DNA of 64,000 nucleotides from Fibrobacteria bacterium (lineage in GTDB: Bacteria > Fibrobacterota > Chitinivibrionia > Chitinivibrionales > FEN-1185), in assembly GCA_037447435.1 (NCBI GenBank), contig JBBIGR010000005.1, positions 102,995-166,994 on the forward strand, in the 5' to 3' direction. Shown here piece after piece: positions 39,822 to 50,483 of the stretch. The notes beneath the pieces are model-generated. The model made no database searches, was not told where the DNA came from, and was given only the letters and a program-made list of their open reading frames with translations. The translations under genes were made by a program, and so were the position numbers. The first letter of the stretch is position 1, and every line of letters begins with the position of its first letter.

Positions 39822-41375
39822 TTATTTCCCTACCTTATATATGTAACTTGTCTGATTGACATTATGCTTGGGATTTAAAAAATACAACAACTGGTCTGCA
39901 ATACTCGGAGAAATCGTTTTTTCAAAAACCAGGCCGGGAAGAATCGTTTCCATTCTTTTTATTCTTTTATCAAGGTCGTCGGCACTTAAAAAAATGACCT
40001 TGTTCGGTTTTGCCCCCCGTTGGATTTCCGAACGCAAGCTATCGACAAGTTTCCCTGATGTCATGCAATACAAAGGGATGTTTTTATTCAGATAAAATAA
40101 CGGAATATGCGGAACGCCGGCATCGCAGGTCTCTATTATTGCACCGGTAACATCGGAGCTATGATATAAATACGACAATGTTTCCACGCGCGATTTCTTA
40201 GAATAGGTAAAGGTGGTCATTAAAAGCAACAGAGAGTTAAATACCCAAAACCAAACCCACAAACCGTGCAGCAGTTTCTTTTTTTTCTGCCAGAATTCCG
40301 ATTTAGCGGCAAATTCTTGCCATCCCACTATTGCCAAAATGGTGACAAACGGAAGGATCGGAAGGATGAAACGTTCCTGTTTATTCGGATACAGGGAATG
40401 AATGATGAAAAAAACGATTGTCGGCCAAAAAATAAGCGCGTGCTTTTTCCACGTGCGGCAAAAGCCCCAGAGCAAAAGAAGACTCGTCGGCGGAATGAAA
40501 ACCCCGATCAGTAAACCGACATAGGTATAAAAAGGTCCAGTCGTGTACGCATCGCCGTTAGCACTATTATAAGTCAAATAATTCCAAAAAGAGATTATCG
40601 GCGAGCCGCACAATATCCAATCGGGAATTCCTTGGAAACAAAATGCGGAAACAAAAAAAGCAATCCCATATGAAAACGCCTCTTTAATTCTTTTACTCAC
40701 AAGGAGAACAATGCCGATAGTACCGGCAATGGACATTGTCTGAAACCGAAGGGTGAAGGCAAGGCCGAATGCAAGCCCCGCAACTATCGCGTAAAGGATT
40801 TTTTTCCTCTCGGCATCAGGTTTAGGATCGGCACACAAAGGAAATGGCTGCGTATTCGATTCGTTGAATTTCCAATTCTTATACAGGAAATACATGCCTA
40901 TCATCATCGGCGGAATGCAGGCAAATTCCAGTAAGTCGCGAACCGACATAAACGGCATGGGCCACAAAATTGCCAAAAGCAAACCGATCAATTTTGCGGA
41001 TTTTTCGGATGTTACCGCAGCGACCGTTTTATAGCCGAAATATACGGTTAAAAGAGAAAAAACCGCATTAAAAAACCGCACGAAATACATTTTAATTTGC
41101 GGATCAAAGATCCCGAATTTCTGCAAGATATCAAAAAGAAAATAATGAAGTCCGGGATAAAGAAAGCTTCGTAAATTATCGCTTTGCCCTATCCAATCTT
41201 TTGAACCGTTCAACCAATTTTGCGCTATGTCGATAACGCAAAAATGGTCGTCGTCCATGCCGTAGCCTTTTGCAAATGCAATTGCGCACATTCTTGAGAC
41301 GATTGCAATAATCATGATGAAAGAAAGAGGATGTCTGTCCCAAAACAACTTTATTTTTTCCAAAACTTTTTTCAT
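39822..41375 (-). CDS. GT-C glycosyltransferase (GT22/Alg9-PIG-B-like)
   Basis: First-loop 'DDDHF', 'LRFQ', 'PNKQERFILP', many TM helices. Confidence 0.8.
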   Translation of the reverse strand: MKKVLEKIKLFWDRHPLSFIMIIAIVSRMCAIAFAKGYGMDDDHFCVIDIAQNWLNGSKDWIGQSDNLRSFLYPGLHYFLFDILQKFGIFDPQIKMYFVRFFNAVFSLLTVYFGYKTVAAVTSEKSAKLIGLLLAILWPMPFMSVRDLLEFACIPPMMIGMYFLYKNWKFNESNTQPFPLCADPKPDAERKKILYAIVAGLAFGLAFTLRFQTMSIAGTIGIVLLVSKRIKEAFSYGIAFFVSAFCFQGIPDWILCGSPIISFWNYLTYNSANGDAYTTGPFYTYVGLLIGVFIPPTSLLLLWGFCRTWKKHALIFWPTIVFFIIHSLYPNKQERFILPILPFVTILAIVGWQEFAAKSEFWQKKKKLLHGLWVWFWVFNSLLLLMTTFTYSKKSRVETLSYLYHSSDVTGAIIETCDAGVPHIPLFYLNKNIPLYCMTSGKLVDSLRSEIQRGAKPNKVIFLSADDLDKRIKRMETILPGLVFEKTISPSIADQLLYFLNPKHNVNQTSYIYKVGK

Positions 41376-41644
41376 AGTTTCCTTTTTCCAAACAAAGCCA
41401 AAGATTTAAAAAACCCTTTCAAAATACAAATCTACACGATAACGAAACAATACAATAGTTATTATCGACAGCAGAAAAAATCGTTTTTTATTCCAAAAAC
41501 GTGATTATGAAGCACCTTTTAGTATATTTAAAGATTGTTTTCCCAATTATCCAAGGCCCCCGATCCAAAGCCAATGGAAAATTGTGGAGCAGTGGCAGCA
41601 CTAACAATGGTAAAAATCGGTTCAAAACAGATCGGTTAAAAATC

Positions 41645-42301
41645 ATGACCTCATCAAAAACGATTCTTTCATTCTTTTGCCTGGCTCTTTTCCTGTGTAA
41701 CGCCTTTTCCCAGGCAAACAGCTCCCGGTCCTCGGATTCCGTTTCATCAAATGCATCTTTGCCACAGAAGCTGCGTGAACCGATCAAGGATTCGGGGGTG
41801 ATACTCACGCCGAAAATTGCAACCTATGATTTTGATGCCATGCCGAAAGACCCTTTGGCTTCTTTGTTTTTTTCCGCAACATTGCCGGGTACCGGCCAAC
41901 TATACAATAAAGAATATGTCCGGGGCGTCTGCACCGGGGTCGCATTTTTCGGGAGCGTTTTGGCGATAATTTACTATAACGACAAATGGAATAAATTGAA
42001 TACCGACAGCTTTTACATCGAGGAAGTCGATCCCGTGACCAACCAGGGAACCGGAAGTTATCATTTGGTCACGACGGCCAAGCCGAAGGACAAACAAATC
42101 GATTTTTCCTCGACCGATAAAGCGTTATTGATCACCGCGATCACCGTGACCGCGACATCATGGATATTCGGAATTGTGGACTCTTATATGGGAGCAAACC
42201 GGTATAATAAAAAGCTCATAGAAAACCGTAAATTAAAATTGGGAATGGCGATAGATCCGCAAAGCAGAGGCGTATCGCTCTGCGCACGATACGGATTTTA
42301 A
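41645..42301 (+). CDS. Exported/membrane protein, DUF5683-like
   Basis: Signal peptide, 'KDPLASLFFSATLPGTGQLYN', 'GIVDSY', terminal F. Confidence 0.65.
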   Translation: MTSSKTILSFFCLALFLCNAFSQANSSRSSDSVSSNASLPQKLREPIKDSGVILTPKIATYDFDAMPKDPLASLFFSATLPGTGQLYNKEYVRGVCTGVAFFGSVLAIIYYNDKWNKLNTDSFYIEEVDPVTNQGTGSYHLVTTAKPKDKQIDFSSTDKALLITAITVTATSWIFGIVDSYMGANRYNKKLIENRKLKLGMAIDPQSRGVSLCARYGF

Positions 42302-42371
42302 CCGCGAATCCGGAAAATTGACAAGAGTAAACACCGAGGGTGATTACCAAAAAGAAAGCGATGGCCGGTGA

Positions 42372-43649
42372 ATGGACTTTATAGAAGAATTACAATGGCG
42401 AGGCATGATTCACACGATTATGCCGGGAACAAAGGAAAAACTCGCTGAAAAAAGCTCGAGCGGGTATGTCGGGTTCGATCCGACCGCCTCGTCCCTGCAA
42501 ATCGGCAATTTGGTCGCGATTATGTTACTCGTTCATTTTCAACGGGCAGGCCATAAGCCCATCGCGCTGGTCGGAGGCGCCACCGGCATGATCGGCGACC
42601 CTTCGGGAAAATCCGAAGAACGGAATTTGTTATCGATTGATGAAATCAAATACAATCTCGATTGTTTTCGAACCCAGCTCACAAAATTTTTGGATTTTTC
42701 AGGCCCGCACGGTGCGGAAATCGTAAACAATTTCGACTGGTTTAACGGAATTTCTTTTCTTGATTTTCTTCGCGATGCCGGAAAGCACCTGACGCTTAAT
42801 TACATGCTTGCCAAAGACTCGGTGCAATCCCGCCTGGAAACCGGAATTTCCTTTACGGAATTTTCGTATCAACTTTTACAAGCCTACGATTTTTTCTGGT
42901 TGTACAACAATAAAAATTGTGTTTTGCAAATGGGTGGATCGGACCAATGGGGAAACATCACCGCCGGATGCGAGCTAATCAGACGTAAATCATCGGGCGA
43001 AGCCTTTGCCATAACCTGTCCGTTGCTGACCAAGGCCGACGGGACGAAATTCGGCAAATCTGCGGCAGGCGAAAAAATCTGGCTCAACCCTGCCATGACC
43101 TCACCGTACAAATTCTATCAGTTCTGGCTCAATTGTTCCGACGATGACGCCCGCCGGTTCATTAAGATTTTCACAACAAAATCCTCCGATGAAATAAGTG
43201 CATTATACGCCGAACATGACGCCGCACCGCATGCCCGTCCTTTACAAAAAGCATTGGCAAAAGATATTACTATCCGGGTGCACTCCCAATCGGATTGGGA
43301 AAGTGCGGTCGAAGCTTCGACGGTATTGTTTGGAGAAGGAACAACGCAAACATTGAAAAAATTCGGCGAAAGCGACCTGCTTTCGATATTTGAAGGCGTT
43401 CCAAAAGCTTCGGTTGCAAAAACCGAACTTGAAGGGGGCATCAACATTCTGGATTTTCTCACCGCAAAATGCAATGTCGCGGCATCAAAGGGTGAGGCAA
43501 AACGTCTCATTCAAAACGGAGGCATTTTTGTCAATAAAGAAAAAATTGCGGATAGCAATGCGACAATAACGTCGGCATCTCTTCTGAACGGTAAATATAT
43601 CCTTGCGCAAAAAGGCAAAAAAAACTACGTATTGGTAACGGTTGAATAA
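42372..43649 (+). CDS. tyrS: Tyrosine--tRNA ligase
   Basis: '[13 protein letters not shown]', '[10 protein letters not shown]', '[10 protein letters not shown]', 'KFGKS', C-terminal S4 domain. Confidence 0.98.
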   Translation: MDFIEELQWRGMIHTIMPGTKEKLAEKSSSGYVGFDPTASSLQIGNLVAIMLLVHFQRAGHKPIALVGGATGMIGDPSGKSEERNLLSIDEIKYNLDCFRTQLTKFLDFSGPHGAEIVNNFDWFNGISFLDFLRDAGKHLTLNYMLAKDSVQSRLETGISFTEFSYQLLQAYDFFWLYNNKNCVLQMGGSDQWGNITAGCELIRRKSSGEAFAITCPLLTKADGTKFGKSAAGEKIWLNPAMTSPYKFYQFWLNCSDDDARRFIKIFTTKSSDEISALYAEHDAAPHARPLQKALAKDITIRVHSQSDWESAVEASTVLFGEGTTQTLKKFGESDLLSIFEGVPKASVAKTELEGGINILDFLTAKCNVAASKGEAKRLIQNGGIFVNKEKIADSNATITSASLLNGKYILAQKGKKNYVLVTVE

Positions 43650-43652
43650 GGA

Positions 43653-44786
43653 TTAGCTTTTGCCCAACAACGCCTGATAATAATTCCAAATGGTCCTCGG
43701 TGTAAACCATGCATAGGCAAACACATTGCCGAGGTTGAAATATCGTATCCGGGGATTCATGGCGTGTCCCCAAAAATCTTTATAATACGATTGCGGTCTG
43801 AAAATTTCCGGTTTTTTTAAAAACGACATAGCGAAAATCGGGGTTTTATCGGACCATGTACCCATTTCCCGCAGTTCATTATCGTATCCGATTGCAACCG
43901 CTTCGGCATCGCTTTGGCCTTTGAACGAAAAATCCATCACCGCATCCAATTGCCGATAAATGCCGTAAACATCTAACGCATCGTATCCGCCGGCATTGGT
44001 GATTCCAAGCGGCACATTATGATCCGCCGACAAACGATGCCCCAAAAGACTGTCGCTATACAGTATCGTATAAGTCTTGCGGCTGGCCGGGATGCCGATG
44101 TTATTGTAGATGTCCGCAGCTATTCGATGATCATTGACATTATCATCTGCAAAAACCTGCATGACCATTACCGCATGGGAAGGAAAGGATGCCAGTTGAC
44201 GCTGTGTTACCGAATAAGAGTACCATGGTGCCATAATATATAAAAACAGCCCGTTATTCCCCCACTGTTTTTCATGGTAAAAGCGATACGCAAAACTCGG
44301 TATCGCCCCGCCGCCGTACGAATGACCGACAAAACCGATCTTCGACGTATCGATATCGGCATTCCAGCGGTGCGCTCCTTTTACAAACCCTTCCCACATG
44401 GTCGCATAAGCCAATGTAGGTTTTATAAGCGCCATGAATTTAGGATAAGGCGAATAAATAACGCAATGGCCTCTCGAAACGATATTCCGTATCAACGCTT
44501 CGTACGACGACGGATTTGTTTCTCCGATACCGTGGCAAAAAAATATAACCGGACATTTTCCGATCGCATTGCTTGGCTTAAAGAAATAAACACATTGGGA
44601 TTTATTGGCCGGATGGATTATGCTGTCCCGTATCACATCGCCCGCCCCGTTGGCGCCAAACCCCCGGGTAATGCTGGAAGTAAATACATTCGAAGAATCG
44701 GAACCTTGACAAAAACAAAACCGGGGAAAACCGACAAGTGAAAGAAAAATTACCTGAATCAATAACTTGTTTTTTTTATTATGCAT
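43653..44786 (-). CDS. Exported alpha/beta hydrolase (chlorophyllase/cutinase-like)
   Basis: 'FFCHG', nucleophile elbow 'GHSYGG', candidate Asp ('DDNVND') and His ('ADHNVP'). Confidence 0.8.
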   Translation of the reverse strand: MHNKKNKLLIQVIFLSLVGFPRFCFCQGSDSSNVFTSSITRGFGANGAGDVIRDSIIHPANKSQCVYFFKPSNAIGKCPVIFFCHGIGETNPSSYEALIRNIVSRGHCVIYSPYPKFMALIKPTLAYATMWEGFVKGAHRWNADIDTSKIGFVGHSYGGGAIPSFAYRFYHEKQWGNNGLFLYIMAPWYSYSVTQRQLASFPSHAVMVMQVFADDNVNDHRIAADIYNNIGIPASRKTYTILYSDSLLGHRLSADHNVPLGITNAGGYDALDVYGIYRQLDAVMDFSFKGQSDAEAVAIGYDNELREMGTWSDKTPIFAMSFLKKPEIFRPQSYYKDFWGHAMNPRIRYFNLGNVFAYAWFTPRTIWNYYQALLGKS

Positions 44787-44960
44787 GGCCTGCTCCTTTT
44801 TATTTAGCACTTAAATAAACGAGAAACATGCCAATGCAATCAAATCATCATATTTATAGTATAATCAAGTTATTATTCCGTTTTTATTACAAATCACCTC
44901 ACCTGTTTTCGTCGCGAATTTGCAACGAATTCAACTATTCTGCAACAGAAACGCTATTGA

Positions 44961-45311
44961 TTAAAATTCCTTGTTTGGAACTTTGACGCCTCGTTTTTCA
45001 TTTTCATACTTTAAAATGGGATCGCATTTTCCAGGAAATTTCACCGTTACTTTATCGGTGCATCCCGACGGAGAAAGTTTGTCGCATTTTTGGCAAACTT
45101 TTTTATACCATTCATCGGAAATGCCGTTGGGCTTGTTTCCTTTGGATCCGCCGCCTGACGGCGCTCCGACGGAATCAAGCTTGCCTACAATACCCTGAGC
45201 GATCTGGGCTATTTGCTGGACCTGCGATTGAGGTAGTTGACGCGCCACGAGTTGAAGATATACTTGCAAAGCTTCTTCAACAAGTGCTTTTTCTTCGGTT
45301 GAAAGCGACAT
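44961..45311 (-). CDS. Small hypothetical protein with four-Cys C-terminal domain
   Basis: ATG 45311; helical N-terminus, G/S linker, C-x2-C-x7-C-x11-C. Confidence 0.65.
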   Translation of the reverse strand: MSLSTEEKALVEEALQVYLQLVARQLPQSQVQQIAQIAQGIVGKLDSVGAPSGGGSKGNKPNGISDEWYKKVCQKCDKLSPSGCTDKVTVKFPGKCDPILKYENEKRGVKVPNKEF

Positions 45312-45528
45312 TTTTTTTCTCTTTCCCTGAAAAACAAAAAAAACCGGGTTATTCCGATCGTGACTTGAATAAATACAAAAACCGGACCTATGAATCAAAA
45401 TAATATATTTTAATTTTCTCGGTTAAAACGTTAATTCTTGAATTTCGGAAAATATCCGTCCCGATTTTAGATTTTTTTTTTGCGATCTCAACAGGTGATG
45501 CATTCGCAGTCGCAACCTTAAGGACTTC

Positions 45529-45996
45529 ATGATAAACTTAATTTTCGTTTGTACGGCAAACAGATGTCGAAGCCCTATGGCCGAAGGCATCATGAAACAC
45601 AAGATCCAAGAAACCGGCAACACGGATTTTACGGTTACTTCTATGGGAATACATGGAATGGATATGCAGCCGCCAACCGATTTGGGAATTCAGGTTTGCG
45701 CCGAACATGACATTGACATATCGGACATCAAATCGAGACCGTTGATTCCCGAGGAACTTAAAAACGCCCATTTCGTTTTCGTGATGGAGCCTTTCCACAA
45801 AGAATTTCTCCGGGTCTTTTTCCCGCAGTGTTCCGAACAGACATTTTTGCTTGCGGCTTTTCCCAGCAATGAAAACCATAAAAAATTTACCATCAAGGAC
45901 CCTGTCGGCGGAACCTTGAAAGACTATCGGAAAACGTTTGAAACGCTTTCCGAGCATATAAACCGCATTTTTCCTCTTCTTTGCGGACAGCAATAA
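45529..45996 (+). CDS. Low-molecular-weight protein Tyr/Arg phosphatase
   Basis: 'VCTANRCRSPMAE' P-loop and 'IKDPVG'. Confidence 0.93.
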   Translation: MINLIFVCTANRCRSPMAEGIMKHKIQETGNTDFTVTSMGIHGMDMQPPTDLGIQVCAEHDIDISDIKSRPLIPEELKNAHFVFVMEPFHKEFLRVFFPQCSEQTFLLAAFPSNENHKKFTIKDPVGGTLKDYRKTFETLSEHINRIFPLLCGQQ

Positions 45997-46008
45997 CGGT
46001 TTGCTCCT

Positions 46009-46614
46009 ATGGACACGAACATGCAGGCCAATCGAATTCACGCAACCGAATGTTTCCTTGATGTAAACAATTCCGCCCGTGCAGGCGATTCAACCGTTGC
46101 GGATATTATTCGTAAACAAGTAAAAACATGTTTATGGAGCAACCGGCAATCCCCTGCGATCGATACGATCGTCATCCATTTCATCAGCGCTTCGGATTAT
46201 GATCAACGTCGAGCATTTGACCTTGATATGATTTTAAAAGTTTTTTGCGAAAAATCGGTCAGCAGCCATTATTTGATCCAACGGGACGGATCGATTTTTA
46301 TCTTGGTTCCGGAAAGCCGGAAAGCCTGGCATTGCGGCGGCAGCATCATGCCGGCCCCCGACAGCCGACAGGGAGTAAACGAGTTTTCCATCGGGATTGA
46401 ATTGGTCGCGACCTGCGACTCCGGATTTACCGAAAATCAATATTCTTCCTTGCAAGTATTGTGTTCCGATATCGACATTCGCCTCAACAAAAAATGCATC
46501 ATCGTCGGTCATGACGAGATCGCGGGCAAACACGCGGTGGATTTGGGGCTCAGACCGGACATAAAATCAGACCCCGGTCCCCTTTTCGATTGGCGACGAA
46601 TCAGAGCATTTTAA
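46009..46614 (+). CDS. ampD: N-acetylmuramoyl-L-alanine amidase (AmpD-like)
   Basis: 'IVIHF', 'VSSHYLI', 'KAWHCG', 'NEFSIGIEL', 'GHDEIA', 'KSDPGPLFDW'. Confidence 0.88.
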   Translation: MDTNMQANRIHATECFLDVNNSARAGDSTVADIIRKQVKTCLWSNRQSPAIDTIVIHFISASDYDQRRAFDLDMILKVFCEKSVSSHYLIQRDGSIFILVPESRKAWHCGGSIMPAPDSRQGVNEFSIGIELVATCDSGFTENQYSSLQVLCSDIDIRLNKKCIIVGHDEIAGKHAVDLGLRPDIKSDPGPLFDWRRIRAF

Positions 46615-46770
46615 TTGTTAAAAATTTGTTATTTGGTTTCGCAACAATGCGTTCGGTTATGTATATTTTAAAGATATTTTTATTGCACTTTTTCTTCATA
46701 GCTGTTTCTCCTATGAACTCACATTTTTTTTATACATACTACATCGAGTCCGTCGAAAGGAGCTTCCGGT

Positions 46771-49700
46771 ATGCTTAACCGCTTACTATTGTCCACCGTT
46801 GTTTTAGGAATGGGATTGGCTTTTTCATCGTCTACAACCGTATATGCCGACGAATCTTTTGACAAAATGATCCGTGAAAACAATTTTAAGGCAGCGCTGG
46901 ACTATGCAGACGACAAGATTCCCGCACCGTCGCGCACCGCAGATATTTGGGTTAAACTCGGTAAAGCCAACGAATCTTTGGGACTTCCTGAAAAAGCTCT
47001 TGCCTGTTACCTCGTGTCGTGGCGTTTGAACCCCAAGGATTATGAATCGCTTCTTGGCGCTGCTCGAATTTACAATAAACTCGACCAGCCCGACAATGCG
47101 ATATCCATGGCGCAAAAAGCCCTTGATGTTAATTTTTCCGCAGAGGCAAGCTGGGAATACGCGTCGGCCTGTATAAAACTCAAAAGGCCGGCCGAAGCAA
47201 AAAAAGCGCTTGAAAAGGTCATTGAAGGCGATTCATCAAATGCGATTGCCAACAAAGAACTCGGTAACATTTACTACAGCGATAAACAATACGACAAGGC
47301 ATTCCCCCTTCTCCAAAAATCGTATTCGGTTCAACCGACCGCCGAACTTGCCTATAGACTCGGGAAAGCATATTTGGAAGTGAACAGAATAGATGACGCC
47401 ATAAACTTCCTGAAAGAAGCGGTCGCAAAAAAACCGGATATGACCGATGCCGAAATCGATTTGGCCCGTTCCTATTTTAAGCGTGAGAAATATCTGGCCG
47501 CCGCAAGCGAATACGAAAAGATAGGTTCCCGTTCCGAAATGACGGCGATGGACCAGTACATGCGTGCGGTTGCAAACGAGAAATCATCGAACACGGACAA
47601 TGCGTTGCGTGCATATTTGCTTGCAATCGACAAATTCGGCGGATCGACGCAACCGGAAGCGCTTACGTCGCGATTCAAAGCCGGATCTTCCCAAATGACA
47701 AAAAAGAATTTTGAGGCTGCCCTCGCGCAGTTCCAATTCATCGCAAACGCAGACCCTTCCGGACGCGTTGTGGAAAACATCAATTTTCTTTTAGCCGATG
47801 CCTACGACGGAACCGGCAATACAAGCAAGGCGATAACATGCCTCGAAAAGGCTTTGGCCGCCAAACCGAACAATGTCGAGGCGACGGCCCGCCTGGCGGA
47901 CTTGTATGAAAAAAGCGGTGCAAGCGAAAAAGCAAAAGCCACCTATGAAAAAATGATTTCCCTCAATCCGAATGATCCCACCATTTATCTGACCTTGGGC
48001 CAGTATAATTTAAAAGCGAAAAAGAACACGGAAGCGTTGAAAAATTTTGAAAAAAGCTATTTGCTCGACAGAAAACCGGCAGCCGCCGAAGGAATAGCCC
48101 TGGCCGCGTCATCGCTTGACCAATGGGATAAGGCGCGCGATGCGGCGGAATCGGCCGTCCGGATAGACCCGAACCTGATCGATTCCCGTATCATTCTTTC
48201 GAAAGCATATCTTAAAGACAAAAATTATGCCGCTGCGCGCGACCAGCTCGAATTCTTGCTTGCAAAGAAACCGATGGAATTGGAATACTGGAAACAACTT
48301 GCGACCTGTTACGTGCAGCTTAACGACCCGATCAAACTCGCCAATGCCGACAAAAAAGTTGCGGAAATGGACAAAAACAACGTCGAATCCAGGCTTCGTC
48401 TCGCACAATATGCATTATCGCAAAATCAGGTGAAACAAGCCTACGACATGTACAAGGAATTGTCCTTTCTCACACCGCAAAACGCCGAAGTGCTTAAAAC
48501 TCTGTACGACCTCAGCAATAAAAGCGGCGATCGCGGAGCAGCGTCCGTTTATTTACGCAAATACCTTGCGATCAATCCTTCGGATGCGGTTGCCCAAAGA
48601 GATCTTGGCGACCTTTTGTATGACCTTAAGGACCAGGACGGTTCTCTGACCGCGTACCGCGCCGCACTCAAACTCGATCCGACGATCAAGGGATTTTACA
48701 AACGGTATGCCGAGCTGGTGATAGCAAAAGGGCAGCAGGACGAAGTCATAAAGGTACTTGGCGGCGCAATCAAATCCGGCGAGGCCGACGTCGGGGCATA
48801 CACGACGCTTGGAATGATTTATCAACAAAAAGGAATATACGCCAAAGCGTTGGAAATGTATCAAAAAGCAATGCAAATGGATCCGCAGAACACCGATGTT
48901 CTTTCATCGCTTGCCGAATGCCAAGCGCAAACCGGCGACCGCAACAATGCAATTATTTCTTACGAACAAGTGGTTATGATGAATCCGAAGGCCGAAAAGG
49001 AATTAAAGGAACTCGGCAACCTCTATTTGAAGGTCGGCAGAAACGATCAGGCCATTACCGTTTATAAGAAATACCTGGACAAAATACCATCCGACCAGGA
49101 TGTCGCTAAAGGCGTCGGAATGGCATTGTATCAGAAAAAACAATATACCGAGGCCATTAAATATTTTGATCTTGTCAAGGAACGCGGGCTTTCGGACGTT
49201 GAATTCCTTACGGCAGCCGGTGAAACCTATTTCATTGCCGGAAACAACAAAAAAGCCCAGGAAATCTATGAAGACCTGCGCATGCGCAAACCCCCGGTCC
49301 CGGGACTCAAAAAGGTTCTCAAGATTCTTGCCGAATCGTATGAAAAAGACAATAACATCCAAAGCGCCGTGGATATTTATACGACCTATTCCATGCTGCC
49401 CGGTGCAAAAGACGCCGATGTTTCCTATAAAGCGGGCTTTTTACAGGAAAAGATAAATCCCGTCCGTGCGCGGAAAATTTACGAAGAGAACGTCGTATCG
49501 TTCCCCTCGGATTATCGAAACATGCTTCGCCTCGGTATTTTGTATGCAAAAGATAAAACCACCCTGACAAAATCCGCATCACTGCTTAAAAAGGCCTCCC
49601 TCATTGCAGACACCATTCCCGCAATGTGGAGCGAGATGGCTCAGGTCTATAATAAATTGGGCAATGAAAAAGCGGAACTCGATGCGTACAGAAAACTTAT

Positions 49701-50469
49701 CACGCTCGACCCACAAAATCTTGACGGCAATAAAAGGCTTGGCGTTCTTTTGATGAAAGGCGGCCTGATCACCGATGCCATGGTTTATTTGGAAATGGCC
49801 AACACCCTTTCTCCAAAAGACCCCGAAATCATGATTCTTCTCGGACAAGGTTACATCAAGACCAACAGGCCTAAAGACGCCATAGACGTTCTTGTCAAGG
49901 CAAAAGCCTTACGCCAGGACGATACGGAACTCAGGTTGCAGCTCGTTGATTTATATAAAAAGACCGAACAGCCTAAAAAAGCGATCGAAGAAATGAAGCA
50001 GCTCATTACCATCAAACGCGACAACAAGATTCTTATGTCGTATGCGCAAAGCTTGTACGATGACGGTAAATTTAAAGAGGCCCAGGAGACCGTCGAAGAC
50101 ATCAAATCGACTGACCCCGAAAATATCGAAGCGTTGATGATTTTGGCCAGATCGCTGCGCGCGCAAAAGAAACTCGACCCTGCGGTGGAAACGTATAAGG
50201 AAATATCATATATCAACCCGAACTATGCTCCGGCATTATACGAACGTGCCGATGTCCATTTGCAACAGAACAAGCCGCAATGGGCAAAGACGTTTTTCGA
50301 TCGCGCATTGCGTTCCGATCCTAATTACGGGCTCGCCTATCTCGGTTTGGCCCGGCTTGCAAAACTCCAGAAAAACAATGCATTGTATTTGCAAAATTTG
50401 GATAAAGCCCTTGAATTATCGCCGAATAATCAGGAAATAAAAGACGAAGCCAAAAGCGCAAAGCGGTAA
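46771..50469 (+). CDS. Very large exported TPR-repeat protein (1232 aa)
   Basis: Signal peptide followed by continuous TPR-like repeats ('A..KAL.LDP.N..A...LG..Y'). Confidence 0.9.
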   Translation: MLNRLLLSTVVLGMGLAFSSSTTVYADESFDKMIRENNFKAALDYADDKIPAPSRTADIWVKLGKANESLGLPEKALACYLVSWRLNPKDYESLLGAARIYNKLDQPDNAISMAQKALDVNFSAEASWEYASACIKLKRPAEAKKALEKVIEGDSSNAIANKELGNIYYSDKQYDKAFPLLQKSYSVQPTAELAYRLGKAYLEVNRIDDAINFLKEAVAKKPDMTDAEIDLARSYFKREKYLAAASEYEKIGSRSEMTAMDQYMRAVANEKSSNTDNALRAYLLAIDKFGGSTQPEALTSRFKAGSSQMTKKNFEAALAQFQFIANADPSGRVVENINFLLADAYDGTGNTSKAITCLEKALAAKPNNVEATARLADLYEKSGASEKAKATYEKMISLNPNDPTIYLTLGQYNLKAKKNTEALKNFEKSYLLDRKPAAAEGIALAASSLDQWDKARDAAESAVRIDPNLIDSRIILSKAYLKDKNYAAARDQLEFLLAKKPMELEYWKQLATCYVQLNDPIKLANADKKVAEMDKNNVESRLRLAQYALSQNQVKQAYDMYKELSFLTPQNAEVLKTLYDLSNKSGDRGAASVYLRKYLAINPSDAVAQRDLGDLLYDLKDQDGSLTAYRAALKLDPTIKGFYKRYAELVIAKGQQDEVIKVLGGAIKSGEADVGAYTTLGMIYQQKGIYAKALEMYQKAMQMDPQNTDVLSSLAECQAQTGDRNNAIISYEQVVMMNPKAEKELKELGNLYLKVGRNDQAITVYKKYLDKIPSDQDVAKGVGMALYQKKQYTEAIKYFDLVKERGLSDVEFLTAAGETYFIAGNNKKAQEIYEDLRMRKPPVPGLKKVLKILAESYEKDNNIQSAVDIYTTYSMLPGAKDADVSYKAGFLQEKINPVRARKIYEENVVSFPSDYRNMLRLGILYAKDKTTLTKSASLLKKASLIADTIPAMWSEMAQVYNKLGNEKAELDAYRKLITLDPQNLDGNKRLGVLLMKGGLITDAMVYLEMANTLSPKDPEIMILLGQGYIKTNRPKDAIDVLVKAKALRQDDTELRLQLVDLYKKTEQPKKAIEEMKQLITIKRDNKILMSYAQSLYDDGKFKEAQETVEDIKSTDPENIEALMILARSLRAQKKLDPAVETYKEISYINPNYAPALYERADVHLQQNKPQWAKTFFDRALRSDPNYGLAYLGLARLAKLQKNNALYLQNLDKALELSPNNQEIKDEAKSAKR

Positions 50470-50483
50470 GGAAAGCCGTTTGC

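Noticed and set aside
42302..42371. T-box leader before tyrS
   Set aside because: Spacer is only 70 nt and lacks the T-box consensus and terminator.
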